Below the pieces are notes generated by a model that saw nothing but the letters and a program-made list of their open reading frames with translations, made no database searches and was not told the origin of the DNA. A program made the position numbers and the translations under genes. A DNA stretch of 63,987 nt, filler included, from Basidioascus undulatus (Eukaryota): assembly GCA_000826855.1 (NCBI GenBank). It is 4 parts of 4 records of this genome, joined end to end, with 100 filler letters (N's around TTAATTAATTAA, not from the genome) between each part and the next. Parts side by side here need not be neighbours in the genome. Positions count along the whole stretch, not along the records: positions 1 to 16,221 come from JTLS01000598.1; positions 16,322 to 32,527 come from JTLS01000599.1; 2 more parts are not named here. The stretch is one strand, 5' to 3'. Of the stretch, positions 12,301 through 23,530 are shown piece after piece. Each line of letters starts with the position of its first letter. The first letter of the stretch is position 1.

Positions 12301-13198
12301 GCGTTCAGGGTGCGGAGCTTGCCCATTAGCAATGGGGAGTTCAGGAAGTACCTCAAGGAGGTCGGGAGCGACTACGTCCCGCCTTCGTGGGTCGTCAAGG
12401 ATGGTGAGACGAAGGTGCGCTCGCTGTTCTCTCAAGCGTCTCTGAGAAGGAGCGGACTCCTGACGATTCTCCCTACTCTGACGTACAGGTCCGGACTTTC
12501 TACGGGCCCGTGGACTTCTCCGTCGCACAGCACTGGCCATGCATCGCGCCCGCGACGCACCTCGCGCGCTACGCGTCGCACGTCGGCGGGCGATTGCCAA
12601 CCGAGCCCGAGCTGCGCGTGCTTATGTGCGACCCCGCGCACGGTGTCTCGTGGGACCACGCGGGTGCGAACGTCGGCTTCAGGCACTGGCACCCCGTCCC
12701 TGCCGAGAGCGCGCGCGTCGAGAGCGACGGGACGGTCGTGAAGGGCCACAACGGCGGCGTGTGGGAGTGGACGTCTACAAACTTTGCGGAGGTCGAGGGG
12801 TATGAGGCGAGCGAGCTTTACCCTGGCGTGAGTGGTCTTTTCGGTTGCCTCGCAGTGAAGTTATGCGGTCGCTCACCTTGCTGGCTTGGATGCGCTCGCT
12901 ACAGTACTCGTCTGACTTCTTCGATGGCGCCCACGCAGTGGTGGTGCGTCTTTTTCTCTCCCTTCCATACCTTCGCACTTGCTCACGAATGCGCGCGTCT
13001 GCCTCCACAGATCGGCGCCTCGTTCGCTACTCTCCCGCGCATTGCCGGGCGCTGGTCGTTCCGCAACTGGTTTGTCCCTCCCTCGCCGAGTCCCCCCCGA
13101 GCAGCAGACTCGCTGATCCTTCCGCGCTCGCACGGCACAGGTACCAGCACGGGTACGGCTACTGCTGGGCAGGCGCACGTGTGGCGTACGATGCTTGA
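9352..13198 (+). CDS. EGT1: Ergothioneine biosynthesis protein 1 (histidine methyltransferase fused to hercynylcysteine sulfoxide synthase)
   Basis: Methyltransferase motifs LYDEQGL, VELGAG, LGSSLGNF, GRHEAYY, EWSYKY; DinB-like FYLGHIP, RCHAHS, FEHMVMHGETLLYML; FGE-sulfatase-like GWDCEHP, GRLPTEPEL, GGVWEWT, YSSDFFDG, FRNWYQ; TGA 13196-13198. Confidence 0.93.
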
Positions 13199-14665
13199 GC
13201 ATCGAAGCGCGGACTCAACGGATCTTCGTTTTGCTTTTCTTTTGATATCCCGAACAAAAACGAATGGCACTTGTATTGAGCTAGCATGATCGTCACGAAC
13301 TCTTGTACTGTTGCGGACTTTTAGGACTTATTGGTGGTCTGCTCTCCAGTTCTTTACAAAACCGCTGCGCAGTTCGAGCACGAGAAGCATGGGAAGCGGT
13401 GAGATCCGGATGTGTGGGAGTGGGGGTGGCTGTTTCAGCGTTGTGGGAACACAGTTCGATGTGATCGCGCTTTCAGAGGGACTCCAAGCAATAATAGGAG
13501 GTCCTCGTAGTGTGCGCTTGGAAATAGCTGTGCATGCGTCTGCCTTCAACTTCGCAGCGGGCCTTATATCATCCTACCTCCATCCAGGCCTCAGAGACAT
13601 ATACTTGATAAATTGTGCTTATTTGAACCTTTTGCTTTCAATTGAGCCTTGTTTGACCCCAGTCACGCAGACAGTGGCAGCACTAGGGGAGCGCAGGAAC
13701 TCCACTGCCGCGTCAGCCAGCGCAGAGTCCATTGACGTCTAATATGATACATGAAATGGATTATATCTCGCAATAACTTTTTAGAATGGGGTGGCAATGT
13801 ACTCGATGCTTACCATCACCATCACAGTGCAGGACCATTAACGCCCCGCCTTTGCCCTTGGACCGGTGGAACGCCTCTTCCTCCTCAATTAGTCGTTCGC
13901 GTCCACTTCTGAAAATATTAAGAGGGCAAATGTTCGTCCACACAGTTTATTGTGGGCCTTCAAGCAGGGATGACAGTGCCCTCAATGCTGGCAGATGGCC
14001 TCCCCGGTGCCAGCGCACAGCTCCACCCTCCGCGGCAAATTCAAGTGCAGAGTCGAGTGTGATCATTATCCTCAAAGGAAATTACTCCCCCCTTTCCACA
14101 TAAGCAACAGCGTTATTATAATGGGTGATTGAACCTGCAACAACTGAACTGCTGTCGGCTGTGGCCCGGTGCACCGCCAGCAATTTTGGTATGGCATCAC
14201 CTCCACAGCCCAAACAGTCACATGAATACACAACAAAAGTCAGAACTTCAATATTCCTACGTCGAAGCTCGAGCAACTCAGACACAAACAAGCCTGCCAA
14301 CAATCCGGATGCATGCGCTCAATTTCCTGGCGCGGCTGCACCGCAGGCGTAGTCTTTTCGGCATTCTGGAGACTTAGCTCATAGATGAAACTTTTGAGTG
14401 TTTTGAGTGGAACGTGCTGGGATAGGAACAGCAGAAAAGATGTGGGCAGAGAAAGCATCGATGTAGCGGCGCTTGCGAGGCACTTCCGCACGGAGAAGCG
14501 TAAGAGCACTTAAAGAGAGCCTAGCGAAAAAAAGTAGATGTCCGAGAATCCTGCCATCCGCTTCTCTCTCAACCACTACCACTCGCCAACAGGGCCCATC
14601 ACACACCCATAGGCTGTCGCTGCGCTTGGCTACACGCTCTTCGCCGCCTCCAATTTTCGCCAGCA

Positions 14666-14985
14666 ATGTGCCTGAGCATCCTCCCCGTCTTGGCACTCCT
14701 CTCGCTCGTCTTTCACGCCCACGCGAGTCCCTTTGATGTGACCAAGGATATGTTGGAAATGGAAAAAAAATGGGCGCAAACGTGGCCATGGGCATAGCCA
14801 AGGAGGAGCAGGCGAACGTGGCGGCCGCCGTCAGCAAGGGCTACGCGGGCGCCATCGCGAAGGAGAAAGCGGTTGCGAAGGCCCTGGCCGAGGCTGGGAG
14901 GCTGGGATGGAATGGACAGGCCTGGAAGGGCAAGGGCGCGGAGGGGATTGGGCATGGGAGTAGACGAGGTGGAGGGGTACATTAA
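14666..14985 (+). pseudogene. Small secreted protein, paralogue 1, with a 1-bp frameshift in an A8 run
   Basis: MCLSILPVLALLSLVFHAHA (signal-peptide-like) then SPFDVTKDMLEMEKK; adding one A at 14763-14770 joins it to MGANVAMGIAKEEQ...GWNGQAWKGKG...VH*. Confidence 0.55.
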
Positions 14986-15310
14986 GTAGGGGACGATGGG
15001 GACGGTCGTCGTAAGACTGTGCTCGTTGTCGTTAAGAAGCGCGGTATGCGTGAACATAGGTAAAGATCTGCTGAATGCAACACCGCCGTGAAATGGCGCG
15101 AACACCTCAGCGGCGTAAGATTTTCGTCAAGGGTCAAGATAGCGGGTCCCGTCAAGTTCGGTCCGGGGAGCGACGTTCTTTGTGCACACCAGCCTCTCCA
15201 GTCCGTCAGCCTATATGTGCGTGCGCAAACAGATTTATTACAGAGGAAAGCCATCGCGTACTTATGCGTAAACAATCGCATATGTGTTCCAAGGGCGCGG
15301 AGCGTGGCGG

Positions 15311-15320
15311 TATATAAAAA
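15311..15320 (+). promoter_or_regulatory. TATA box
   Basis: TATATAAAAA about 150 bp upstream of ATG 15465, followed by a pyrimidine-rich leader. Confidence 0.5.
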
Positions 15321-15464
15321 GGTCGACAGAGTCCTTGCGACCCGCTTCGCTCTGCATCTGACACCCGCGTTCGTTCAGCCACTGGCGCCAACCAACCGAA
15401 GCAACTATGCCGCAACCCACCTACCCGCTGCTTATCGCTTCATCGCGTCCGACCTTCCTCAGCC

Positions 15465-15781
15465 ATGCGCCTCAACGTCATCCCATCTTCGCCCTCATCC
15501 TCCTGACCAAAGCGGCCTCCAGCGCAGGAAGCATTCCCCCCGAATTGGCAGCTAGTGCCATGCGGATCGGTGAAGATATGGCAAGGGTCATGGGAAAGGA
15601 CTTTGAAAGGATGGGGACAGCCGCCGACAAGAAGTTGCAGTAGGCGGCCGCCACCCTCTCCAAGGGCCTGGTGGAGGAGTTGAAGCTCTACAATGGTGTG
15701 TTAGGCGGAGGGGTGGGAAGGGGAGGTTTGGAGGGGGGAAGGGAGACGGTGGAGTTTGGACAGGGGAGAAGACGGACGTGA
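15465..15781 (+). pseudogene. Small secreted protein, paralogue 2, disabled
   Basis: MRLNVI/PIFALILLTKAASSA signal-like start with a 1-bp frameshift near 15482, in-frame TAG 15641-15643, then AAATLSKG; GWEGEVWRGEG appears in another frame. Confidence 0.5.
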
Positions 15782-16221
15782 AGGGCCAAGCGCGCAACGG
15801 GCTGCGCCTGCTGAAGGACAAGAGGAAAGGAGGTCGACAAGACTCTGTTGCTCTCTCTGTTGAACCAGCGCAAGGGTAGTGTTGTCACTTCTGTGTGTAA
15901 GCAAGTTGAAATTTCCTAGGCTCTTCTGCTGGATCAATCTTCAACCACTATTGAATGAAACAAATCACAAAACTCTAAATAATTCTGGCGCAAATCAACA
16001 AGAGGAAAAGCAGAGGACAAGAGTCAAAAGTTGTGTGTCGCGATTACATAGAGATTGTGGCATGGCCGCAGGTTGAGGCAAGTTGAACTTGAACTACCCC
16101 TTGCAAAGCGGAACCGATGCTCATCGAATGCAAGAGGGTACTTTCTTGACTAGCTCAGGCAGATTCTTGATTATTAGTCCCCTCGCATGATCCTGTACCG
16201 GCTCCAACATAGCCCTGTATA

Positions 16222-16321
16222 NNNNNNNNNNNNNNNNNNNNNNNNNNNNNNNNNNNNNNNNNNNNTTAATTAATTAANNNNNNNNNNNNNNNNNNNNNNN
16301 NNNNNNNNNNNNNNNNNNNNN
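16222..16321. other. Artificial contig linker
   Basis: N44-TTAATTAATTAA-N44 (stops in all six frames). Confidence 0.98.
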
Positions 16322-16829
16322 CATACCCCGGCCCACCGCAACCCGCGCCCCGTTCCCCTCCCACGCGTCACCGTCGTTCGTAACCCACCTAACCCCCCTT
16401 GCAAAATGCTCCAAGATGCCACGCCTCAAGATCCCCCACTGTTGAACACCACCAAGCCCCCCTGTAGTCTGCCCGCTTTACTTCATGTGTGTCATAAATA
16501 ACCCACCCAGTCCGTTTCCTAACAACTGTCACCCTTGTCACCTCCCCTGTCACACTCCCTTTCATATTTTCCCTTGACACAACTAGCTGCGCCACAGCCC
16601 TCCCCAGCCTTGCCCCTTCGCAGCCTCTTGGCAAGGCAGTCCTTCTGGTAGCTATAAAAGTGCCCCCTTACCCTCTACTTGCTCCCCATCTGGTCTTGCT
16701 CTTCCACTTCCGCCCTAGCCCTAGTCTTCGCCCTAGCCCTACCTCGCCGCATAATCTACCTGTCACCATAAAGCCCCGTCAGCTGGTAGCCCCCGCTGCG
16801 GTCTGCCCCGTCCAGTCGAGTTCATGACA
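16322..16829 (+). mobile_element. Probable partial LTR of a retrotransposon
   Basis: C-rich, partly CpG-poor non-coding stretch at a contig end, internal TATAAAA near 16653, short CCCTAG repeats, ends in ...CATGACA (LTRs end in CA). No TSD can be checked. Confidence 0.35.
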
Positions 16830-17426
16830 ATGTGCCTGCTAGTGGCGTTACATGCACAGCCCTTAATGCCTAGGTATCCGCATCATCTCATTCTCCCGTG
16901 GGACTTAAAGAATGTGGACCCGTTGTCGCCCGAGTGGCGGAGGACCGCATCGTGGGCGTCCAATTACATGCTGACAGCCCAGTCGCTTGTCGAGTGCGTG
17001 GTGTTCACTGTCACGCAGCTACGAGACTGTTTCATCGGCGCTTTCCGCTTCGAGGCCGCGCCGTGAGGGCGGCCTCAGCAGATAGAGGTCGCCCGCACGC
17101 ACCGATGCTCCGACCCTGCCTAGATAGGAAGAAGTGACGGCCGCATTATGACCAGCCTCGGCTGACCTCGCTCTCGTAACACTGCCATCGCAAGTTCGTT
17201 CAGGCATGTGGGCAATGATCAAACCTCATTGCCTCCTCTGCACGTCTCCTTCGCCCCGCAGACGTCTTGCGCGGCCCCACTGATCACGTCTTTGAATCGT
17301 CTGCGGTCTCCTCTGCGCTCCTCCCAACCAAACTAGACACTTTTACAAGGATTATAATGGTATGATACTAACACTAGAGTAGGGAAGTTGACATGACGAG
17401 GACCCCTGCAACGCAGGCAGCTAGTG

Positions 17427-18344
17427 TTATTGCTCGCCCTTGTCGCCCGCGATTTGCACCTGCATGGCCTCAATGTCGGCCTTCTTGGGATCGTTGCGAG
17501 AGGTGACGTAGGTGGCCATGAGGACGAGGCACGAGGCCCACTCCATGGCCGTGCCGAGGACGTACTCGCTGGCGACAAAGTCGACGGTGAGGCCGTTCGC
17601 GTCGTAGTTGTCGAAGTTGTAGTAGTTGAACTTGTCCAGGACGGCCGACAAGATGCCGTAGATGCCGCGCACGGTCAGAAGCGGCCAGGCGACGAGGAGG
17701 AGGATGAGGGTAGGATGGACAGCGCCCTGGCGCTCCCTCTTGCTCTGCGTGATGGTCTTGAGGATGCAGAAGAGGAGGAAAATATTGATCGCGAGGAACA
17801 TGGACTGGCCGGCGGCGCGGAGGGCCTTTGCGGTGCCTAGGTTCTTGTTGGATTCCAAGTTCTGGGTGCTGCCCGCCAGGATGGAGCCTCCGGTAATGAT
17901 GATGGTGTTGGCGCCGATGAGGATCGTGTGAATAACCGACATGGGACGACGGGCGGAGCCTACGAGGGCGAAGGACTGCAGGAACCTCTGCCAGAACGGA
18001 ATGCCCGGCGCGCGCCGAGGCTCGAGCCACGAGTCGTGGGCGTTGAGGTTGTGGTTGTGCCATGAGATGAGGAAGCGGAAGGTGCAGAGGACGAGGGTGA
18101 AGTAGCCCTCTGCGCCGAGGATGAAGTAGGCGATGAGCAGGTTGATGGCCTCGTAGCCCTTGATGCCGAACGCGAGGCCGGTCGACTGGGACGCAAGACG
18201 GACGGTGACGTGGAAGAGGATGACCGAGTACCGCGACTTGAGCTTGAAGCGGCGGGTCGCGTAGCCGGCGATGACGACGGCGAAGAGGATGGCGTAGAGG
18301 ATGAGGAACACGAGGGCGGCGCTGGATTCGGAGTTGAGGCCCAT
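17427..18344 (-). CDS. Intronless membrane protein of about 7 TM helices, RTA1-like
   Basis: 305-aa single-exon ORF with strong GC3 bias, multiple hydrophobic helices and a late LLTVRGIYG motif like the RTA1 'xRxxY' segment. Confidence 0.75.
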   Translation of the reverse strand: MGLNSESSAALVFLILYAILFAVVIAGYATRRFKLKSRYSVILFHVTVRLASQSTGLAFGIKGYEAINLLIAYFILGAEGYFTLVLCTFRFLISWHNHNLNAHDSWLEPRRAPGIPFWQRFLQSFALVGSARRPMSVIHTILIGANTIIITGGSILAGSTQNLESNKNLGTAKALRAAGQSMFLAINIFLLFCILKTITQSKRERQGAVHPTLILLLVAWPLLTVRGIYGILSAVLDKFNYYNFDNYDANGLTVDFVASEYVLGTAMEWASCLVLMATYVTSRNDPKKADIEAMQVQIAGDKGEQ

Positions 18345-18599
18345 TGTGATTCTGATTTGTGCCCCGTCTTCGTGACGAGCGAGGGTACCCTTTTATTCTC
18401 TATACACACACGCACATACACAGCCCCCGGCCTCGGGCTGCCGGAGCGAAGGCCGACTTGTGTGTTGGGCGTCACACATTGCATGCCTGCTGCGCCTTTG
18501 GTGCCGTCTACGTTCGCAGGTGCCCTCTTACCATCCGCGCAACGCCGCCACTTCCCCCTTCCGCACCCGCAGCACGCGCATTCACCCCGACCGGCCCCC

Positions 18600-19010
18600 A
18601 CAGCCTCAGCTACTAGCAACCCTCCTACTTCACAGCCCAAGTCCACCTTTCCTAGCCCTTGTCCCCAGACCTCGCTACAGCCTCGCTACCACCTTTTGAA
18701 CCACCTCTGCTTTCCAATAGCCCCGTGCCACATATATGACCAGTGGCTTTGATTGATAGGCAGTGGAGAGTTGCAATTTTGTTGTGAGCATAATACGCAC
18801 GATTGGTGTGATACGGACAACTCAAGTGCGGATGATAACTGGCACATGATGCACAAAGGCAACTCGGTGCATGATTCATATGGTTGCAGCTTGATTCATA
18901 GCACCTCAAGCTCGGCTGTCATGCACTCCACCCTTCGCCCTTACCATGCCCGTTGCCTGCCCTTGTCTGCCCTCCCCGACGGCTTCCAGCGCATGGCGAC
19001 GCTCGCAGGA
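18600..19010. repeat. CpG-decayed repeat/TE remnant
   Basis: Local CpG depletion with TG/CA excess; the + frame is rich in Cys/His/stop codons as expected from mutated Arg codons. Confidence 0.35.
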
Positions 19011-19187
19011 AATCAGAACCCGGTCACGAAAGTAGAAGCAGAAGTCGGAGACGTATTAAAGTGTTACCGTCTATAACGGCTTGATGGACCCTTCGATGCG
19101 ACAGCGCGTCGGTTGTGCGTACAGATCGTTTGAAATTCCGGGTCTTGGCTCTCAACCTGGCTTTATCATTGCTTGTCTGTATCGTAG

Positions 19188-20637
19188 GCATGGGATTTTC
19201 CAGATCTAGAATGCCCAGATGATGGGGCTGTTGGTGTCACTCAGTGCCCGGTGCGAATTTGCCTCTTGAAGAGTGACTTTCCAAACCACTGACATTGATC
19301 TTCCCTTCTTTTCGTCCCTAGATTCCGCCAGGAACTTCTTACACCTACAACATCTGTATCCGCGACCAGGTGCAGATCTTGTGGTACGACGGCCACCTGG
19401 CAGCGCAATACGTCGACGGTTGCGCTGTGCATTGATGATTCGCGGTACATCTTCTTGTCACAACCAATGACATGCTGCAGGTGAGTGACTCACGCACCTC
19501 GAGAAGAGACCCGCAGGACCCTGGTCCTTCGGCTATAATATTCACGACGGCGAGCGCACCATCATCCAGATCGGGGATTGGTATCACATACCGTCGCTTT
19601 CTCTTATACCGGAAATGTTCTCGGTGAGCTCGACTCCCAGCATGCAGCTAATCAGGGCGTTGAACATCGCTGACCCTCTTACTGGCATAGACCAGCAGGA
19701 TCGGTGCCGGACAGCGGTAAGTGCACACACCCTACGACTTACACTTCGATAATTCAAGTAAAGTCACATGCTTATTGTCTACAGCTACCATCAACGGCCT
19801 GGGCCGCTATCGCGCTGGTCAGCCCGAGTGCTCTCAGCATGCGCCACTACCTGTCATTAACGTCAAGCAAGGCGAGACGTACCGAATTCGGTTGATCAAC
19901 ATATCCGGGATTCAATGTTTAATGTCAGCCTGTGCTTGATTGATATTCCCAACCCAATATGGGCTCAGCTCTCCTTCCCTCCACAGTTCACCATCCAAGG
20001 CCACGATATGGCTGCCATGCAGGCGGACGGCGCGCTTCACCAGACGCTGCTTTGTGACGGGATGTAAATCACCGCTGGAGAACGTTACGCTTTCGCTGTG
20101 AGTGACACGTCCTGTAGAACCCGACGGCTCAGTTACGATTGCACTGGCATTGATTCGAAGGCGTGGAACAATGTCGAGTATCACATATGTGTAAGCTCAA
20201 TTGTTTCTGCATCCTCCTCGCCAGCTTAAGGCGAACCAGCCCGTGGACAAGTATTGGATCACGGCGCCTTTGACAACAGAGGGCGCCGAGCTCAACTCGA
20301 ACCGTCACTCGCCACGTTGGAATTTTTTTAATTTCTCTTCCAACGTGAAGTCTGGCCCTCTCCCGTGCACTTCGTTGCAGTCGATTCCACGCGTGTGCTC
20401 AGCATCTTGCGCTACCAAGGTGCACCGCTTCTCGACCTTGCGGGTTACCCAGCTGAGATCGCCCCGACCAATATGCTTGTCGAGTCGTCGCTTGTGCTCT
20501 CGGGAGAGGTGGGTTCAAACCAATTCCTTTATCACTGTCCGATAAGCTCAACACACCAAGTGCAATTTTTGGGAGCTGGCCCTGCCAACCAGATCATCAC
20601 GCTCCAATTTGACCCCGGTACAAACAACGCTGGGTAG
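19188..20637 (+). pseudogene. Truncated laccase-like multicopper oxidase (AA1)
   Basis: HGIFQ*...DGAVGVTQCP, IPPGTSYTY, WYDGHLAAQYVDG (canonical WYHSH), IGDWYH, TINGLGRY, GETYRIRLINIS, GERY, LKANQPVDKYWI; stops at 19207-19209 and 20065-20067; third cupredoxin domain absent. Confidence 0.88.
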
Positions 20638-20948
20638 AACATCTGCTAAGTCAACTGCATATAGAAAGTCACCGTCAGTCTGGGAGGTATCTATCTTCCA
20701 CTGAGTTCCTCTGGGAGTTTTTCAGGTACACAGCTCCGAACGAGCAGACGACCCTCGAGCACCCGGGCGCCTTGAGGAGAAATTAGTAGGTGACGGTTGA
20801 GCAAATTGAGGGCGGTAAGATACCTAGGAGCTGGGCTTTGTAGACCGCGTACTTGTCCGGAGAATTCAGGTGAGCCTGCGCACACCCGCTCCCTTATCTC
20901 CAATCAATAATCCATCAGAGGAGATTTGAACAACGTCTGGGCAGCGTG

Positions 20949-21170
20949 TCACGGACGTGCTGTGGGTGTCGCATGTACCGCGGTAGCATCCTTCTTGGCA
21001 GCATGCGCATTGGAGCGCAACTCATTGTCAAGCAAGACGCAGAAGTAACCAACGTACTTCAGCCTTTTGGGAGGCGGTGACGTCATCACCAGCGGGACCT
21101 CGTCGAGCTTGGATTGGTTCCTGGTAAACAAAATGTACTGGTACTTTGACGGTTCGAAACGTGGGTGGTG
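20949..21170 (-). mobile_element. Non-LTR (Tad1-like LINE) reverse transcriptase C-terminal fragment
   Basis: RFEPSKYQYILFTRNQSKLDEVPLV...KYVGYFCVLLDNELRSNAH resembles the F-x2-SK...FTR...YLGVxLDxxLxFxxH end of fungal LINE RT domains. Confidence 0.6.
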
Positions 21171-21260
21171 AGATTGCCCCGTCCTCTCCCTCATACCACC
21201 CTCATGTCTCCCTCCCCTCCTGCCGTCCGCCTAACCACCCCTGTCCCACATGCTCTACAG

Positions 21261-22106
21261 TCCCGGACTTCTAATGATTCCTCTCATCGGCTCCTTGATC
21301 TCCCTCTTCCTAGTTTACTGGAAGCGCCACTCCTCCCCGACCAATTTCATCCTCCTGGGCGTCTTCACAATCCTGGAGGCGCTCACGCTGAGCGCGGCAG
21401 TGTGGATAATTGAGCGGCGGGAGATAGTCCTCCAGGCGCTGGTGATCACTGCCGTCGTCTTTCTTGGCTTGACACTCTTCACGTTTCAGAGCAAGTGGGA
21501 TTTCTCGGGGATGGGGCCGGTGCGTTTGGCTTTTTTCGTGGGTAGTGCGGGGTAAACGCTGATTAAGGGTTTGGGTGGGACGAACCAGGTTCTGATGCTC
21601 GGTCTATGGGTCCTCATTGGCGCGGGGTTTGTCGGGCTCATCTTTGGCGGGTGGTCGAGAACGATGGATCTTTGTACGGGATCATCGGGTGTCTCCTATT
21701 CTCGTGCGTTCGTTTCCTTGCCCTCATACCCGCTTTACGCCCCTACTCAAATAGCGCAATCTGAATCGTAGGGGCTATGTGATCTACGACGTACGTCTTA
21801 ACCATCGTTCCACTCTCTTTTTGCAGCCGCAATCCTCACACTAAGAGTCGCTTACCTCCGCGCGTCTATGCAGACGTATCTGATCGAGCATCGCCTCTCA
21901 CCTGATGAGTACGCACCTTCACCCCTTGCCACTCCCTCGACTCCCGCCGTCCCACTGTCCCAGCAGGAGCCCCTCGGGCTGAAGAGCTGACATCACGGTG
22001 TTTGTTGATACATAGATACATTTCCGCCGCTGTGGATTTGTATCTGGACTTTATCAACCTCTTCCTCTCCATTGTCCGCGTTCTAAGCGACTTGTCAGAC
22101 CGTTGA
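21261..22106 (+). pseudogene. BXI1: Bax inhibitor-1 family (BXI1-like), 5'-truncated, one frameshift
   Basis: KRHSSPTNFILLGVFTILEA, IVLQALVIT, TLFTFQSKWDFSGMGP, GYVIYDT, LSPDEYISAAVDLYLDFINLFL; TGA 22104-22106; 1-bp deletion near 21670; N-terminal exons missing. Confidence 0.8.
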
Positions 22107-22613
22107 GTGGTTCGGAGGAGAGACAGCCGGCCGGGCGAGGCCGACGTCCATCGCTTCCTTATGTGATTCCGATTTACAGTTTTCTAGTCAATGATCGTTT
22201 GATTTAGTGGCTCCCACTCATTTGGAGTGAGGAGGCGGTGTTGGCTGAAGGGCGGTGTGGGCGCTGGGATGCGAGGGATGCGACTCGAGCTTGTACTTCG
22301 CCGTTCGACTGTTCAATTTCACACTTTTCGAGCCGCTGGCTTCCTTTTTTAATCCATTTATTTGCAAGCCTCAATATGTTATTTTGACAGAAAGACATCC
22401 GAGCGGTGGCCACTATTTCTCTGTATGCCAAGTCAGAGCGACTGCGGAACGGTAAGGCCACCAAAATCACAAACCCGGCTTTGCGTCGCCCGCGTTATCC
22501 ACTTCGCAAACAGGCACGTCCCCCCCCGGTCCCCTGACAACCGTTGAGCCGTCACCGCTGACCGCTCGCTCGCTCATTCGTATCAGAACCTGCCGGCGGA
22601 GGGACCCGAATCA

Positions 22614-23530
22614 AGGTGATGCGCTGGTGGACCTCAGCAAGGCGCTTGGCACAGGATAATGCAGAGGGGTTGGTTGTTGTGTGGGTAGGGGGAGTGACAG
22701 CAATACGTGGGTGAAAACTATAATTGGCAAAGAAGGGTGTGGTTTTGGTAGAGGACTGTTCGGCATTGTTGATAGCAAAAGTGGAGAGAGGAAGGAGATC
22801 GACCCAGTCATCCTGTTCGTAGGTGCAGTAGGCCCGGAAAACTTGTTCGAGTGTCCGGTTGGTGCATTCGGTCTGGCCGTCAGTTTCAGGGCGGTAGGAG
22901 GTCGACATTTTTAGGTTGGTGCCACAGAGGGCAAGAAGTTGGCGCCAGAAAGTGAATGTGAAATGGGGTTCACGGTCAGAAACGATGGAGGAGGGTAATC
23001 CGTGTAACCCAACAATGTGCATAAAGAGTTTGGCAACTTGAGGGGCACCGTCGTCCTTGGTGTTGGCCTTCGTGAAAGGAAGACAGTGTACCACAGACTG
23101 TGGGGTTTGTGAGAGGGAGTTTCAATTCGTTGGCAGGTGTCACATTCGTGAACAAAGCGGCAGATGTCGTCTTCTTGGTTGGGCCAGTAGTAGTGTCATC
23201 GGACGAGTTCAGCTGTCTTGTCTTGTCCAAAGTGGCCAGAGAGTCGAGAACAATGGTGTTCTTGGATGATGAGAGGTTGTAGGGGGGTTGGAACAAAGTA
23301 TCATGTTTTGAAGTGGAGGAGGTCGTGGGAGTCGAGGGAGAAGTGCTGTATGTTGGAGCGGAAGCGTGAGGGGATGGGAAGGTTCTTGTTCTTGAGATGG
23401 TCGATGAGTCATTTTAATGTAGAGTCAGAGTTTTGTGCAGTGTGCAACTGGGTGAGAATGTCGGGAGAGGCTGTGGAGATGTTGAAGGTTGCATTGAGGC
23501 GGATTTTTTGAGCGTTGTCGAGGGATGACA
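22614..23530 (-). mobile_element. Degenerate Ty3/gypsy integrase fragment
   Basis: Zinc finger GHFGQDKT...YYWP...CDTCQR, core HGLPSSIVSDREPHFT, STSYRPETDGQTECTNRTLEQ, QDDWVDLLP, TPFFANY; internal deletion and stops. Confidence 0.92.

Noticed and set aside
13300..14400. AT-richer, CpG-poor stretch with short ORFs
   Set aside because: May be an old repeat, but no recognisable motif in any frame.
16266..16277. TTAATTAATTAA palindrome recurring about every 16.3 kb
   Set aside because: Centre of an artificial N-padded linker; the spacing reflects size-sorted contigs (16206 and 16203 bp), not biology. It also rules out any cluster spanning the linkers.
16710..16745. CCCTAG repeats resembling telomeric units
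   Set aside because: Only a few imperfect copies inside an LTR-like region; not a terminal array.
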